Of a DNA stretch of 64,000 nt, positions 1 through 34,690 are shown one piece after another (positions within the stretch are counted from its first letter, which is position 1; every line of letters starts with the position of its first letter). The notes beneath the pieces are model-generated. The model saw only the letters and a program-made list of their open reading frames with translations. It ran no database searches and was not told where the DNA came from. This DNA comes from Amoebidium appalachense (Eukaryota > Protista > Ichthyosporea). The position numbers and the translations under genes are program-made. Location: assembly GCA_963693365.1 (NCBI GenBank), contig CAVNZM010000006.1, positions 2,294,001 through 2,358,000 on the forward strand. The letters run 5' to 3'.

Positions 1-40
1 GTGTGTATGTGTGTGTGTCAAGATGTGTGTTGAAGTGTGT

Positions 41-88
<48 letters not shown>

Positions 89-183
89 CAGTGTGTGTGT
101 GTGTGTGTATGCGTGTGTCAGGATGTCTGTCTGTCTGTGTGTTTGTGTGAGTGTGTGTGTATGTGTGTGTCAGGATGTCTGTC

Positions 184-262
<79 letters not shown>

Positions 263-289
263 TCAGGAATCGTCTGTGTGTGTGTGTGT

Positions 290-340
<51 letters not shown>

Positions 341-473
341 TGGTGGAGAGAGAGAAAAAGACAGAAGGGGCCTATATTGTCACATATCTATTAATCCTGG
401 ACCTTGTGATTCATAGATGATTCACAATTACTCCAAACAGGAATTACTTTTGAACCCCCCCCCCCCCCCCCAG

Positions 474-10699
<10,226 letters not shown>

Positions 10700-11134
10700 C
10701 TTCACAAAATCCACGTGGCTGCAAACTATATCCAGCTGCATGTGAACTGCCTATTCTGACTGCCGGTGACTCATGATCTTATCAAGGCCTTCTAAATCAT
10801 GCAATGACAATCTTATTTAGTGTTTTTGATTGTGTGTGACAACCGGATTGATTCAACATTAGATATTATATATGACTGTAATGACATTCTAACATTCTGA
10901 TTCAACATTAAAATAGTTTTCACACCCCGTTGAAGGGTTGGATATCCGGTGAAGGTATCCTAATTAGTGACTACCTCGGTGTGCCTATAGCAACTGTACT
11001 GATGATATCCACTAGTACACTTAGCCCCGTCTAAAGCCCCGGTCGAAACTTTGGTCATGAAATCAATTCTTAGACAAAAGTGTGAAGACTGAAATAAATA
11101 TAATTATATTCTGATTCAACATTTTTGATTCTGT

Positions 11135-11208
<74 letters not shown>

Positions 11209-11256
11209 CCCCCAGGCCCCCTCCCCCTCACGGCCATCTTGAACAGCACAAGATGG

Positions 11257-11292
<36 letters not shown>

Positions 11293-11932
11293 CCCCCCGC
11301 CCCCCCCACCCCCCCCCCCCCTCCGCCCCGCCATCCCCCCCCCCCTCCCCACGTGACCCCCCCACCCCACCCCACCCCACCTCCTGTCGGCTCCACAGAA
11401 AGTGCATGTGGTGGGGGCAGTGGGCATGACTGTGGAGGTGTGACGGAAGACACAATCATACGTGGATTTCATGGCATTGTGCTTGCTAGTTGATCATGAC
11501 TGTTTGATCATGATGAAATGTCTGTTTCATGCAATCTGATGCACTCTAATGCCATAAAGGCACCTTGATCTTATTGCACCATAATAACTGTGAATCATAT
11601 CATGTTATGTACAGAAGTGTGTAGGTGAGGTGTGGGGGTAGAGTACAGGGGTTATTCAGGATTAAGACAATTCACCTATAAGATAAGTAGTACTAGATTT
11701 TTGAAAAAAATTAAGATTCTAGGGGCTACCCAGGCTGGGGGGAAAATGAGATAACGGGGAGGGGGGGGGGGGGGGGGGGGGGATTCGGAGGAGGGGCTGT
11801 GGCTTCCCTACTTATAAGTAGTCTAGTCTAGTATTATTATTTTTAGGCTGTGCACAAGAAAAGCCCTTCTGTGCAGCAGATCATATTTCTTGTCTGATTA
11901 GCTTCGTTACCAACCAACAGACCGAAAATTTT

Positions 11933-12015
<83 letters not shown>

Positions 12016-12017
12016 TG

Positions 12018-12058
<41 letters not shown>

Positions 12059-12269
12059 TTGGGTGGGTGGTTTGGGGTGTGTGTGTGTGGGTGAGTGTCC
12101 TTGCCTTCAAGTGTGTGTTTGTGTGTGCGCGCGCGTGTGTCATGGTGTGTGTGTGTGTGTATTTGTGTGTGTATGTGTGTGTGTGTGTGTGCAACCGGCT
12201 AAGAAAGAGTGTAACGGTTTACATTAATGGGCCGAGGTTGCCCGGGCAGGGACTCCCCGGCTCTACTAT

Positions 12270-12617
12270 GCACCTGTCTGTGCAAGAATGTGTGCATATC
12301 TGTGTGTACATGTCGTTTTTGGGTTCGTTAAACTTTGTCACTGTGTGTGCTTGTGTGTGTGTGTGTATCACGGTGTGCACGTATGTGTATCACAACGTGT
12401 GTGTGTGTGTGTGTGTATGTGTGTGTCTGCGGCCGGGTCACGGTGCACGGTGTGTGTGTGTGGCCCCCCTCCCCCCTTCCCCCCCTGGCCTGTGGGTCCT
12501 TTTTTGGGGCTGCGGGGTTTCCTTTTTTTTGGTGGGGGGGGAGGGGGGGGGGGGGGGGGAGGGGGCTGTGCAAAAATGTGTGCATCACGATGTACATTTG
12601 GATTGTGTGTTCGTTTG

Positions 12618-12668
<51 letters not shown>

Positions 12669-13111
12669 ACGTGTGTATATCACAATGTGTTTGTGTGTGT
12701 TTTTGTGTGTGTGTCCGTGTGACGGTGCACGGTTTGTATGTGCGTATCCCTCCTCCCCCCCTTTCCCCCCACCCCCCTCCCGTTTCCCCCCCTTGTCCTG
12801 TGGGTCCTCTTTATGGGCGGGGAGATTTTTTTCTGCTGGGGGGGGGGGGGGGGGGCAAAAATGTCTGTATATGTCTGTGTGTACATTTGGATTTCAGTTG
12901 TGCTCGCTTGTCACTGTGTTTTTGTGTGTGTGTCCGTGTGACGGTGTACGGTATGTGTGTGCGTTTCCCCCCAACCTCCCCCCTTCCCCCTCCCCCCCTC
13001 CCCTCCCCCCCCAACCACCACCCCCCTCCCCTCCCCCCCCCCAACCACCACCCCCTCCCCTCCCCTTCCCCCCCCCCCATGTCCTGTGGGTCCTTTTTAC
13101 AGGCGGGGAGG

Positions 13112-13145
<34 letters not shown>

Positions 13146-13151
13146 TGTGTG

Positions 13152-13207
<56 letters not shown>

Positions 13208-13366
13208 GGGGGGGGGGGGTGTGCTGTGCAAAAATGTGTGCATATGTCTGTTCGATTGGATTTTGTGCTCGTTTGCCTCTGGGTGTGTTTGTGTGTGTGG
13301 TGTGTGTGTGTGTGTGCACGTGTGTGTCTCCGTGTCTCCCTGTCACGGCGCACGGTGTGTGTGCGT

Positions 13367-13436
<70 letters not shown>

Positions 13437-13530
13437 TTGCCCCGCCCGCCCGCCCACACCGGTCCTGTGGGTCCTTCTTCTGTGCTGCGGGAGTTTTTTA
13501 TTTTTTATTTTTATTTTTATTTTTTTTTGT
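12270..13530. repeat. Composite tandem repeat, about 4 units of ~290-380 bp, each with microsatellite and homopolymer blocks
   Basis: Recurring anchors CTGTGCAAAAATGTGTGCAT (~12278, 12566, 12855, 13224) and CCTGTGGGTCCT (~12489, 12797, 13083, 13464). Confidence 0.8.
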
Positions 13531-13807
13531 TGTTGGGGGGGGGGGGGGGGGGGGAGGGGGGATAAGATAATGAACCCTACGGCCAAGAAACCTTAAGATT
13601 TTAGACCCTAAACCGTATTTACCCGTTGTTTTTAAAGTGAGTGACCCCTGTAGGTCGGGTACAAAGTTCAGCAACTTTCGAGGTGCTTTGTTTAATGGCG
13701 CGTTATGAACAGAGCACTTGGGTTAAGATTGGGCATGAGGGGAAGATGACGTAAAAGGGCAGCTGCTGGTTTGGAAGGCTAGCAGTGGGGTATACATGAT
13801 CGGCGGG

Positions 13808-13997
13808 ACTTCATATTTAGTAGGTTCATAGTTGGTGGGGCTTTACACTAATAATAACTTCATATTTAGTAGGTTCATAGTTGGTGGGGCTTTACACTAA
13901 TAATAACTTCATATTTAGTAGGTTCATAGTTGGTGGGGCTTTACACTAAAAAAACTTCATATTTAGTAGGTTCATAGTTGGTGGGGCTTTACACTAA
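13808..13997. repeat. 49-bp tandem repeat, about 4 near-identical copies
   Basis: ACTTCATATTTAGTAGGTTCATAGTTGGTGGGGCTTTACACTAATAATA starts at 13808, 13857, 13906 and 13954, with no unique spacers. Confidence 0.97.
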
Positions 13998-14294
13998 ATA
14001 GGTGGGTTTATTGGTACGAGGTATGCACTGTGGGAGAACTTGGACAGTGTACGTAGGCGGGGTGACGGGCTATAAGGGGGGGGGGAGGGCTTGAGATAAC
14101 ACTTGTGACACCGACATGTATTCGTGCACCACACTCGACGGAAAGCCGGAAGTTCAACATGGAGCCAGTCCGAAACCTTTAATAGAGGAATGACGTGTGT
14201 GTGTGTGTGTGTATGAACGGAAGGTGGGGGTTGTGGGGAGGGGGGGGGGGAGGGGGGGAGATGCGTGTGTGCGTGCGTGTGTGCGTGCGTGTGT

Positions 14295-14461
<167 letters not shown>

Positions 14462-14623
14462 CGTGTGACACTGTGTGTGTGTGTGTGTGTGTGTCTGTTC
14501 CCGAGAGGGGATGTGTGTGTGTGTGTGTATGCGTGTGTGTGTACGTGTGCGTGTGTTCCCGGGGTGGGGAGGATGTGTGTGTATGTCACGTGTGTGTGTT
14601 TGTGTGTGTGTTTCCCGGGGGGA

Positions 14624-14680
<57 letters not shown>

Positions 14681-14700
14681 TGTGTTTCCCGGGGGGGGGG

Positions 14701-14773
<73 letters not shown>

Positions 14774-14869
14774 CGTTCGTGCGCGCACGCGCGCGCATGT
14801 CACGGTGTATGTGTTTCCGAGGGGGGGGGGGAAGGGGGGGGGTATGTGTGTGTGTGTGTGTGTATGTGT

Positions 14870-14953
<84 letters not shown>

Positions 14954-14986
14954 ATGCGCGTGCATTTGTTTCCGGGGAGGGGAGGG

Positions 14987-15095
<109 letters not shown>

Positions 15096-15098
15096 ACG

Positions 15099-15129
<31 letters not shown>

Positions 15130-16940
15130 CGCGGATGCATGTGTTTGCTGGGGGGAGGGGGGGGGAGGGAGGGGGGATGGGGCGGAGAGGTTCAGATGGG
15201 TCAGACTCAGGCTCGGGTTGGCTTACAGACTTGCACGATTGCATACTTTGGAAAGCACACGGCCTGCAATCAGTCAATATAACATATCCTTGTTGACCAC
15301 CCCTCCCCCCCCTCCTCCCCCCCCCCCCTCCCCCCCCCCCCCCCCCTCCCCCTTTGCCGTGATCACCCTTTTGCTTAAATTACCCCTTTACCTAAACCTT
15401 CCGTTTGTCTATTCCACACCTTTGCACCACACATTTGCCTATACAACTTTGCATCATATAACCACAAATTTGCCTTTATCAGAATTTGCGCACAAATCTT
15501 CGTCTATCACATGTGCACCCCCACCTAAACTGCTCTGTGGCACCTGCGCAGCTACATGTGGCGCAAACGCCAAAAGCATTATCCTATGCATGTGAATGGG
15601 CCAACCTAGTGCTAGGATTGACTGTGGTTCTAGGAGTGATCTACTGGCCTGCTCATGGTATCATAGCCCCTTAGCTAACTGTGCAAAATGCGCTGTTTTT
15701 GTGAAGCATTTTGCTTATATAATTGGAGTCATGTTCCGCATAATTTTGTTCCACGCAAGCACACACACACGCACACGCATGCACCTGCACTCACACGCAT
15801 ATGTACACGCACACGCACATGCACACACACGCACACGCACACGCACACAGTCACACACGCACAAGCACACAAGCACACGTGGGCGCACACATACAGACGC
15901 ACACACAGTTCACACACACACGACGATTACACACGTGTGTACACACAGGCACACACACACACACACACATACACACACACACACACACACACAGACCGGC
16001 ACACACACACAAAGTTGACAGTTTATCGGGACTAAACTAAACTTGAGGGACGTGCACACACACCCATGAACTCCGAACATGCAACTGAATGCATGGTTGG
16101 GTAGGGTGGGCTGGGTGCGCCGTGGCCATGTCTGTACATGTGTGTGTGTTTATGTGTGTGCGTGTGTGTCAAAACGGTGAGAGGTGGATGGCCTCTACCG
16201 AGTCTGGGTGATAGAGTGCATGTGCTTGGGAGGTGAGCAGGCCGTTCAGAGGGAGCCACAGCTTTACAAAAGGACGTACACAAGTGCATGCTATCACAGG
16301 ATACATCCGGGCTTACGTGCAACAACACAGGAAACCCATGGTCGTATGACACACCATCATGATATGGAAAAGTTTACTCCTGGTATCTCCCCGCCCACCT
16401 CCACTAACACATACGGCACACACACGGGACCTGCCTGCCGAGACAACAAACCCTTTGTGACACATACATGCCCCAATCGGGATTTACACCTAAATACGGC
16501 AGGCCTAATCAGGCCCACCGACCACACATTCATGTACAAACGTTCTTTAGTCTATTACTGACACCTACACATACAGAAAGCCGTTTATGGTGTGCACCCG
16601 TGGTCTTATGTGTGTGGTGTGCACAGGTTATGGGGGAGAGGAAGAGCATACTATCCCTGTCTGCCCGTTCATTCGATGCATCACGACTACGTCCACAACA
16701 GTCACACCAAAGTCTACTCAAAATGCAAATATATTCGTTATTTACTGCGGCACTTAGCTTATCTAGCAGTACATATTTCACAACAACCTACCATTATCGA
16801 AATTCATGAACATCTACGATTCATGCTGTACAAACCTACAAACCTACATATTGACTAAGTTGACCGGCCCAATCCTCCATATGTATATATGCCAACACTA
16901 CAAGCAGGCCCAGGCCCATTACCATATTAGGGCAATCCTA

Positions 16941-17674
16941 TTAGTGAGCACCAATAGCAGATGGGGGAATGCGCAGGCCAACCGCCTCATCAAAGGTGGG
17001 CAGGCCCTCCTCCTCCTCGTCTGTGTGCTGCAGACTGATGGTCGCTGGATGTTCGTTCGGGTCAGACATTTCTTCGCTATCTTCTTTCATGGATAATTTC
17101 GACCGGAAGCTAAATTCGAGGGGGAAAGCAGGCAGACCCAAAGAGTTTCTCCTGCTTGCTGGGTTGCTTGGACCCCTGCTCGTTGGGTGGGCAGTAGGCA
17201 GGGGCAGATTCTGCATACTGCGCGACGCAAGGGCATTTGTGGGTTTTAGCAGCCCCGCGGGCTTAAGGATATTTTGCAAAGACCCCCGGCGCGCACTGCG
17301 CAAAGTTGGCATCTGCACACCAATTCCTGTATTGAAATCACCAGAAATACTGCCAAATACGGAGTCCACCGAGTCACGCCTTAGGCTTGTGTACGAATTG
17401 ACGGAAAGTTTTGGAATGTCCACGTACGATGGGGGTTCTTCGATCAGGGGGAACACTTTCAGTGCCTCCTCAATAGCGTCCTCAGACACCCCAGACTCCA
17501 ACGCCTCTGAGCGTGCATTTTCGAGCGAAAAGGGAATGTTGAGTGTGAAGTTGCGGCCACCCACCACCGTGCCCTTTAGCCGTACAATATAGTGCACTGT
17601 GGAGAGAAAATAGCCGTCAGCTATGCCCATACACAATACAACGTTTATTCAAAACCAACACCAAAACAAAAACC

Positions 17675-17720
<46 letters not shown>

Positions 17721-17841
17721 AACACACACACACACACATAAAAAAAAAAATTAAAAAAAGAGGGAAAGAGAGAGAGAGAGCGACAACAGCTATCAAGCTC
17801 CCACACTTAAGAAAAGCGAAACATAGAATATGTATGCAGCC

Positions 17842-17893
<52 letters not shown>

Positions 17894-19283
17894 AGAAGAT
17901 GAAGAAAAGAGGAACAAGAAAAATCGCGCACACACACCTGACACGCAAAGGCCCTTCTCGGTCTCGTCCAGCTGCACGGTAGGCACCAGCACCTTCTCCT
18001 TCCTCCCCTCTGCCCCCTGCACGGTCTGTGTGGCGCAGTGCTCCTCATCGTCTATGCGGGGCATCATCATGAACGACTTCTCCATGATCTTGCCCCCCAG
18101 CCCACCGTTCACGTCTGACCATGTCCACGTACGTGCGTCGTGTTTGCACGTGTCCAGCTGGTACTCCTCACGAACAAGGACCTTGCCCTGTGGGATGGGG
18201 GGTAAATAAACCAGAGCCTAGGAATAATAAAGGGTAGGCCTCAAAGAAACGGTTGCCAATAAGCACTTTTGCACAGCAGCCACAGCAGTCTGCTTCGTGT
18301 ATAGACGTGCCTGCTTGCTTTAATAGTTCGCCAACACAACGCACACACACACAAAAAGAAAAAAGGAAAAAACGTCCCTCGCGCACAGTTAAGTTTCTGT
18401 GTAACGAGTGCCCCGGTATAGTTACTTCTGTGCTACTACAAGATCTCTACCCCTTCCCCGCCCCCTCCGCCTCCCCTCCCCCCCCCCCCCCCCCCCCCCC
18501 CTCAACCCAGCGCGACAGATGGAGGACTACGCGCGACATGCAAAATTCTTGCGACAAGAAAAACGACAAACCAGCAATACACACCTTGCTGGTGACCTTG
18601 ACTGTTTGGTACACGTGTGCCTTCATCCTCTTCAGATACAACTTGCTCTCCCGTGGCTGGTGCACAACCACCCGCACCTGCACGGGCTCACCCGGGCTGA
18701 CCACGTCCTTACTCAACAGTCCCTCCACGCGCAGGGTCTGGTCTCCCCTCAACCCACGTCTCTCTACCTGCGCCTTGGGCATGTGTCCCGGAATCGAGTA
18801 GTAAAGATTGGCCTTTCTGAATCCGGCCACTGCAAGTGTTTGGTCCACACGTTTGCCACGCTGCAAAAACCTTACGTCCCAAACCACATAGCAATCACGC
18901 TCACTGAAACTGGCCGGCATATTCTCGGGCAGGTTAAAAGCAATGCGCACGTCTGTATCGCCCATAGGCACAACGAAAAACTCCTGGTGCTCGGGCCCAG
19001 GTGTTTTGTGGTAGCGGTAGATCGTGTGGCTGACTGGTTTGTTGGAGGATGTGCCGCGCATAATCAAGCGGCACAACAGTGCGACGTAGACGGGGGGAAG
19101 GACTGTTTCCTTCTCACAGTGAATCTTCAATGTGCCCTCTACCTTGTCATTGTCATAGTATGTATTGCGGTCTAGCACGAGCGAAAACTTGGGCCTGTAC
19201 CCTGGAGGGCTAATGGTTGGTGTGGCTGTACCTGCGGGCGCTGAGGCCGCAGGAGCAGCCGTGACTGGTAGGCTACCGGACAT
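16941..19283 (-). CDS. Arrestin-domain protein (alpha-arrestin-like, with PPxY motif)
   Basis: Exons 19283-18585, 18187-17938 and 17596-16941 join in frame at GT-AG sites. Arrestin-N motifs: LVLDRNTYY..KVEGTLKI and FNLPENMPASF. Arrestin-C motifs: LSKDVVSPGEPVQVRV and VSVHYIVRLK..LNIPF. The tail contains PPSY. Confidence 0.85.
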
Positions 19284-22200
19284 GTTGTCCTATGAATATA
19301 GAAAAAGATGTATATGAATGTTTGGGTGCTAACCTGCAAAACAAGTAGAGTGTGTATTTATTTCTGTGTCAGACTCTGATAAGTTTCAAGCACTTGTAAG
19401 TGCCTTATCGTATAACCGTTTATCCTCACGGACACATACCTGTGTGATTTATATCCAATCTTATGGAGCCAAGCAAATATAACAATGACCAATGGACGTC
19501 CAAATGTTGAATAACGAAACCTAAAAAAAAATAGGACGTACTAAAACCCAGTAAGGAAAAATTAGGTAGCAAAACATATTTTCTGGCTTATATATAGCCC
19601 TCTGGCGTCACCGTGTCAATAAAAGTATCTACTGTTTCACCAGTCAATGCATTCTCATCAATCGTTCTTGTGGATGAAGATGGGGAAGATGAAACATTTT
19701 AGCCAATCAAAATTGCAGAAGCTATCAGCATGTCCCAGAATGATTAGGAGTTAGGCTTTCGATATACTCGGCCCCCCCAGGCAGGTGTAACCTCTAAGGC
19801 GATGTTTTTATTTAGAATATAGACAGTTTGCAGCGGGCCTTCATTTTTTAACCTGTGTTCGAAGCCCTAAATCAGCCAAAAACGGTTGATTTAGCATTGC
19901 CATAAAGTTGCAAATACAAATTATATTGATTTTATGAGTTGCACGATTGTAAGCCTTCCGGAATGTGTCGAAATTGAAAATTGTCCGGGGGCTGACCCCG
20001 GCATCATTCACCCCGCCCAAGAACCGCAAAATGTAGGCATGTAGAAAGTGAAGGAAGTTTCAACTGTTGTTTTTATAGTGCTGCGATACTTCAGCCCACA
20101 AATTTATTATTTATCAAATTGATTGATGCAGCCTGCAAGCTGCAGCCCTGTCAGCGCCGGCAAAACAAGCTCTCGGTAGCGTCCGTTGTGATCGGATAAA
20201 CGTTTGGCATTATTCTTTGTCACCCTAGACCACCAAGCTTGCCTTGTCTATTTTGTGGTATGTAGTACTGGGAGTGCCTGAGTTCAATAGTACACACACG
20301 TGTATACATACACACACATACAAATATATACAGACATACACATGACATGCATGCATAAAGGTAACTATTAGCAGTAATGAATCATCAAAAGTGCAAATAT
20401 ATAAAGAAAACTATTTAGGATCCCGCGGCTATCTATTTTCAGGAACGGTTCCATTCTTCTATATCGTTCGCGACTGACGCGTACTGACGGTGTCACGCGC
20501 CATCTCATTGGCTCGTCGACGTCCTGGCAGTCTTCTCTTCGCAGCCTTCCTTCTTCGAATTCGCAGCATGCAATCACGTCGCGTACACAGATAAACATTG
20601 TCATTACTAGCGAGACATTTCTGCTGAGGCAGGAAGGAAAATGAGGCACCACCTCAGTAGGTGGTAGCGTTCGCGAAGTTCAAGTTGATAAAAAAAGCTC
20701 CCCAGAGTGGCTATGTACTTTTGTCCCGGCTCTAAGTCTCAGACTCAAATTTAATTAAACTTGCAAGTTGCCAGCCGACGCCTGACTCCTTCAGCTGAGC
20801 GACTGTGATAGGCAACCCATTGAAAATTAAAACAGCTAATGCGAATAAAAAAGCAAAGCCACAACCTACAAACGTGTTGCTTCGGCCACAAAATGTACAG
20901 ACACGCATGCGCACGTGCACAGGGATAGACGCATATACACGTGATTCGTGATGCATGCAGACACGTTTGAAGCTAGTGAGGGGAGTGGAAAGAGAAGCAT
21001 GCATGGATGGTCTCTGCCACTTGTGTTGCCAACTGGGAAACTGAGCTACTACAGCTAAAGTTTCCGACGCTTTCTCTTGGTGTAATGCGCATATATGTGA
21101 CCCGTTGCACCAGCCAAAAAATAACATGTGGGACTACATAAAAAATATTTCGTTTCGAACTAGAGCTCACTGGAGTCCGTGATTGTGAGCACCTTCCCCC
21201 TTTCTCCTCTCCATCCCCCCCTCCCCCCCTCCCCCCCCCCCCCCCCCGCCCCCTCCACCCCCCTGTCCCCCAGCTCATACACGTATGAGGAAGGCAATTT
21301 CCTTTCGTCCCGACCAATCCTCTTTCACCACCCTAATTGCCCCCCCCCCCCCCCCCCCCCCCCCGCCCCCTCCCCACCCCACCTCCCGCCCCACCTCCCC
21401 CCATACTATGCCATCCTCCCTTCGGTATGTAACCTACGTTTGTAGCACGTAAGCCTTAAACCGGCTCGGACAAGGCAAACACACTGGGTCTCCGCTCTCT
21501 CCCCACCCCTGTCCACCTGTGGTGGTTCTCAACGAAGCACCGCCTGCCATGTGAGCGGGGACCAACTCCCCTCCGGACCCCATTAAACACATGCGTAATT
21601 TATCTCCCAAAACCCCCCTCCCTCCCACACACACATGCTTTTCTTACCTTCTCAACCCCACTTCTTCCCAGTGACACACATGCTTGCTTTCCTTACCTTC
21701 CTAACCTGCCTACTCCCAAGTCGCACACAAGCTTGCTTTTCTTGCCCCCCCCCCCCCCCCTCCCCCCCCCCCCCCCCACACACACACGCTTGCTTTCTAG
21801 CAGCCACAACTCCTCTGCTCCTCACACACGCTTGCTTTTCTTACCGCCCAAACGGCCAGGACTCCGCGTGCCCAACTCTATGCTGGCTCGGTTGCCCGGA
21901 ACCGGCGGTGACACGTGTGGCTGGTGATGGTGCTTCCACCAGGGTGTAGCCTAGGTTGCATAAACTTAATACTCAGGCTGGCAAGCACCGGCACAGGTTT
22001 TACTAGATGAATCAGACTCTCGGAGTCTCGCGGGGGGAGGGGAGAGAGGGGAGCGAGGGGGCGGGGGGGACCGGGGGGAGGGGGGGGGTAAAACTACTGC
22101 CTGGGATGGAGATCTAGAAAGGTGTGTGGGTTTGTGGTGGAGCCCGGGGGACGGGGATCATCGGAGAATGGGGGGGGTTGGGTTTGGGCTTGGTGGGTAG

Positions 22201-22324
22201 GGGGGAGGGGGGAGGAGGGGATGGGATCGGGGGGATGACCTAGAGGAGCATTGGGGATGTGCGGGTATCCGATGGGTGTGCGTCGGGGCGGGGAGGGGGG
22301 GGGGGGGGGGGGGGAGGGGGGGGG

Positions 22325-22362
<38 letters not shown>

Positions 22363-22980
22363 GTGGAGGGGGGGGGGAGGGGGGGGGGGGGGGGGGGCGG
22401 TGGAAGGTGAAGGAGGGGCCTGGGGCGTTGATCTTTTTTCATGTCATGCAAACTCCTGAAAAAAAACCAATAGTGGAAAAAATCAATAGTAGGTAATAGT
22501 CATTTGACTTCGGAAGCCTGGGACAGTGTCAGAAAGCAGAAGGTGAAACACTGTCAGGCAGGAAAAGGCTAGACCGAGTTTTGTTTGTACAGTTAGGGTT
22601 GCCTGCATTCCCGTGTACGTGCACATGAGGTCAGAGAATTGGTATGTCTCCAGCGCCTTGCAGGTTTCCGGGCTTCTGTGTGCGTAGGCTGCACGGTGCG
22701 TGGCCTGCATGCACGACGTGTCGGTCTGCCGGGTCGACGTCACCGTGCAGCGCAAAACTAAGGGATCCGGATAACAGAGGCCCCGCATAACAGTTTTTTC
22801 AAGCGAATATCACGAAATTCCCGCCATTTTTCGACTCGCGACCGATGATTGGCTCCTGGTCACTGCCACCTCGTGGCTCAGCGGATGAGTCAGACTCAGC
22901 ACTGCTTTCCTGCCTAGTGGTAGCACTACTCTGCAACCCTTCTGTTTTTCCCGCCTCACTGTGACCTCAGCGCACACACG

Positions 22981-32561
<9,581 letters not shown>

Positions 32562-34149
32562 GCGCCACTGCGTGTAAACGGGGTGTGGTTGAATGCTTGG
32601 TTCTTTTTCCCAAGTGTTTGTCTGAACATTTGTTCTTTAGTGTGCTCGACCCATGTTGGCAATGGCTTCCTCCTCTTCCCTGTTTTCGGTTTTTCCCTCT
32701 CCCTCTTGCTTTCTCTTTCTTTTTCTCCTTCCTTTTCTCTCTCGCCATCCACACCTTTCTACATACTATGTCTATTGTCCTGGGGAGTGGGGACCCGTTG
32801 TTAGTATTAGAGATATCCGTAACATGTATGGGTAATATCAATAACAGAGATGGTGCCCAGGGACCATGTGTGGCGCACTGTGTTACGCGGTCCAGCATTG
32901 TAGTTGTACGTGGTCACCCCGACCAGAAAAGGCACAGCACACACGCCATGCTGCACGATAATTTGTATGTAAATATCTCTCGTTTCTGTGGGAGTTCTTG
33001 ATGATTCGTGCATTGAGTAAATAACGGTCTGTTGCAGTACAGGTACTGCAGCTGTTGACCCACAGATGAGGGTGGTGGCCCACTTGAAGAGAGCACATGT
33101 GTACATGTACACCATGTACTCTACACATGGCACCAACACACGAACACCTTCTCTGCCGCGGTGCTAATTGGTGTCCTATATGTGTCTAATATTCGCTCAG
33201 TCCGAATTCGAAACACACCGGTGTCACTTGAGTCTATGTTCTTGTTTAAATGCATATGTGCCCGCTCTATCCGGATCCTGCCAACAACAGCAGGCGAAAA
33301 GCATTGTTCATTTTTAGAAGCTATCTTCTGATACTTCCTTCAAGTCCCCGTTCACGAGCTTTGCATCATCACCCCCTATTCCCACACAGTTGATATATGC
33401 CTGCGCGCGTGCAGCTGCATCCCTTTTCTGCCAATTGAGCAAGATCTTGTTCGTGCACGTACAACTTACCGGGTACCAGTCGCAAACACGCAGTGTAGGC
33501 ACATATTGCCGTGTTGAGCACGTGCACGCACGAGTCACTGCACACCAGCACGCACACACGCTCGCAGGGAAGCTCGCAAAACTCCAAGCTCCAAAGGTTT
33601 CCAGTTCTTCATGATCAGGGCCTTATAGGCTTCCTCATGATCAGGCTTAGTTTTGCACGTAGCCGCCGGCCGGAAAGCCGCCGATCTCCTGAGAACCAAC
33701 CGTAGCTGAACCTGTCATGGCAACAAATGTTACCGTATTTTATGCTTCAAAACCCCAGCCATGAACCGTAGCTAAAACTCTGTACAAAATGTATTATAAT
33801 CTTTGGCATTACAAAAAGCCATCTTCTGATTCCAAAAACCATTATGTACACTTCTAAAGTCACAAATCACTGTCACATCACTCACATGTCAACCGTTGAA
33901 TTTTGAAAAAATGTAAATCCCTTTCTTTATTCAAGCCCCCACCTGAAGAGGTTTTAGGGGAACACAGTGATGCGCTGTAAGCCAATCTGTGTTGACTATA
34001 GATGCAGTTCCAGCCAATCAAATGGAGCAAGAGTTTTTTCTGAGGTTTTCATGTAGTGGCCCGGTGTAAACCCCTCAACAACACTCGGCAAAAAAAAAAA
34101 AAAAAAAAGGAAAAAGACAGCCGGGCCTACATGTACATACGTAAAAAGA

Positions 34150-34690
34150 TCTTCCTCCCAACTGTTTGTTATGCATATGGCTAGGTTTCGTGGGTGCCTG
34201 CTTCCAATTCTGTTCCGAAAAAGGAGCTTTGCCCGGCCCGTATTAGTGAATAGTGGATGTTCATAAGTGTCGTCTAAGAATTATAGTGGTGTGCTGGATC
34301 GAAGGGCTGCAGCGAGAGAGTGTTTGGTGCTCCATAACCGAAGAGGGAGAGAGTGCCTAACATCTGAAATGGTAAGAGGTGTTTGGTAAAGTGGTGGGGT
34401 TTTGCTACATAGGAGCTTTTGGTTGAGGTGGAGGGGTGAAAGGACCAGAGCAAGGAGTTATGGGGTGAGAGGGTTGTCAAGGGACTATTTGTAGTTTGGT
34501 TGATACGTGACGAATTAGTGGAAAGGCAGGTTTGATTTGCTAAGGGCAGCAGAGAGAGAAACATGCTCAGACTGGAAAGGATATCCTGGCACGTGTCTGA
34601 ACGAGAAGTCCAACTCTTGAAGAAGCCACGTGGGCAAAGCATGGGTTTGGAGACGGAAGTCCGAGGAAAGCTGATATGAGGGTTTGTGTG
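34150..34690 (-). mobile_element. Decayed non-LTR retrotransposon ORF2 C-terminal fragment (tentative)
   Basis: Broken minus-strand frames give QTLISAFLGLP..TWLLQELD and RAKLLFRNRIG, which resemble post-RT segments of LINE ORF2. Many stops and shifts. Confidence 0.4.

Noticed and set aside
10995-11065. Hammerhead-ribozyme-like CTGATGA...CGAAAC..GTC (similar cores at 25099 and 61622)
   Set aside because: Stems I and II do not pair at 10995, and the other two sites lack the GAAA core.
13808-13997. Regular repeats as a possible CRISPR array (also 8491-8892, 31840-31934, 50603-50760)
   Set aside because: Units are contiguous with no unique spacers, no cas genes are present, and the context is eukaryotic.
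16969-17592. 207-aa plus-strand ORF (also 3702-4640 minus and 18408-19175 plus)
   Set aside because: These are antisense shadows of real exons of the arrestin and FAAL genes.
22483-22788. Minus-strand ORF divergent from proA (similar short ORFs at 20368-20652, 33314-33587, 52149-52334, 60392-60613)
   Set aside because: No recognisable motifs and no convincing splice partners, so coding status cannot be supported.
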